Shown here one piece after another: positions 53,677 to 53,847 of a stretch of DNA of 53,847 bases. Under the pieces are notes generated by a model. That model had not been told where the DNA came from and did no database searches. It saw only the letters and a list, made by a program, of their open reading frames with translations. Source of the stretch: Terrimicrobiaceae bacterium (GTDB lineage Bacteria; Verrucomicrobiota; Verrucomicrobiia; Chthoniobacterales; Terrimicrobiaceae). The first letter of the stretch is position 1, and every line of letters begins with the position of its first letter. The stretch spans positions 1 to 53,847 of the forward strand of contig JALQZP010000001.1 of assembly GCA_023258235.1 (NCBI GenBank), given 5' to 3'. A program made the position numbers and the translations under genes.

Positions 53677-53847
53677 TCTGCTTATAAGGAACGGTCAGCG
53701 TGAGGAAGTCCGCCTTTTTTTACTTCAGCAGGTCGGATCACTTGCTGCCGGGCTTGATAGCGGTCGAGCTGATGAGGTCGGAGGGGAGGTTGTCGGGGGA
53801 GAATGTTTCGACATTCATTTTCACAAGTGACACAAATGGACATCCAA

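Noticed and set aside
53682-53847. An open minus-strand frame of 54 codons running from the window end to a TAA at 53682..53684. It could be the 3' end of a convergent gene.
   Set aside because: The translation is Arg/Gln/Pro-rich with no motif, and the frame is truncated by the window edge, so I cannot support it.
1-53847. A whole-window check for tRNA or rRNA genes, CRISPR arrays, IS elements or transposases, integrases and toxin-antitoxin or other defence cassettes.
   Set aside because: I saw no T-loop/acceptor-like GGTTCGAATCC contexts outside coding regions. There were no regularly spaced direct repeats and no transposase- or integrase-like translations. The PIN domain present is part of a housekeeping-type PhoH2 fusion, not a VapBC pair.

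Overview
This 53.8-kb window looks like a chromosomal core region of a moderately GC-rich, Shine-Dalgarno-poor Gram-negative bacterium. The gene content suggests the PVC group or Verrucomicrobiota: MBG/YDG adhesin-like proteins, a PA14-like anchored protein, several GT-C glycosyltransferases and a caa3 oxidase. That taxonomic guess is inference only. I support about 49 protein-coding genes, packed tightly with many 1-4 nt start/stop overlaps.

Recognisable genes, in order:
- purC, a GH1 beta-glucosidase, two or three GT-C membrane glycosyltransferases and a GT2 polyprenyl-phosphate glycosyltransferase
- pdxJ, bioF, an alpha/beta hydrolase, a PAP2 phosphatase, ispE and an ECF sigma factor
- PIN-PhoH2, an MFS transporter, ftsY, nusB, ribH, a FecR/Ig/YDG/MBG secreted protein and tlyA
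- an outer-membrane beta-barrel, a FixL/FixJ-like two-component pair, a Na/Pi cotransporter and an ABC-F ATPase
- a spermidine-synthase-like methyltransferase, tsaD, an S41 peptidase, an APC permease, exbD, rpoN and htrA
- a seven-gene respiratory operon (ctaC-ctaD-ctaE-unknown-qcrC-qcrA-qcrB), then gnd and pgi

I found no rRNA, tRNA, CRISPR array, transposase, integrase or recognisable defence island by eye.

Nothing here is an unambiguous novel system. The best candidates for follow-up are:
1. The fused oxidase/bc operon, which has an uncharacterised 273-aa polytopic protein embedded in it.
2. A precisely positioned triple-heptamer leader plus a stop-codon-associated TTGACCACAG box, both shared by gnd and pgi.
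3. A tandem pair of unknown small paralogs at the 5' end.
4. A polyprenyl-phosphate glycosylation and PAP2 gene set that may remodel the envelope.
5. An alpha/beta hydrolase immediately downstream of bioF.

All functional calls come from motif recognition in the supplied translations. No database search was run.
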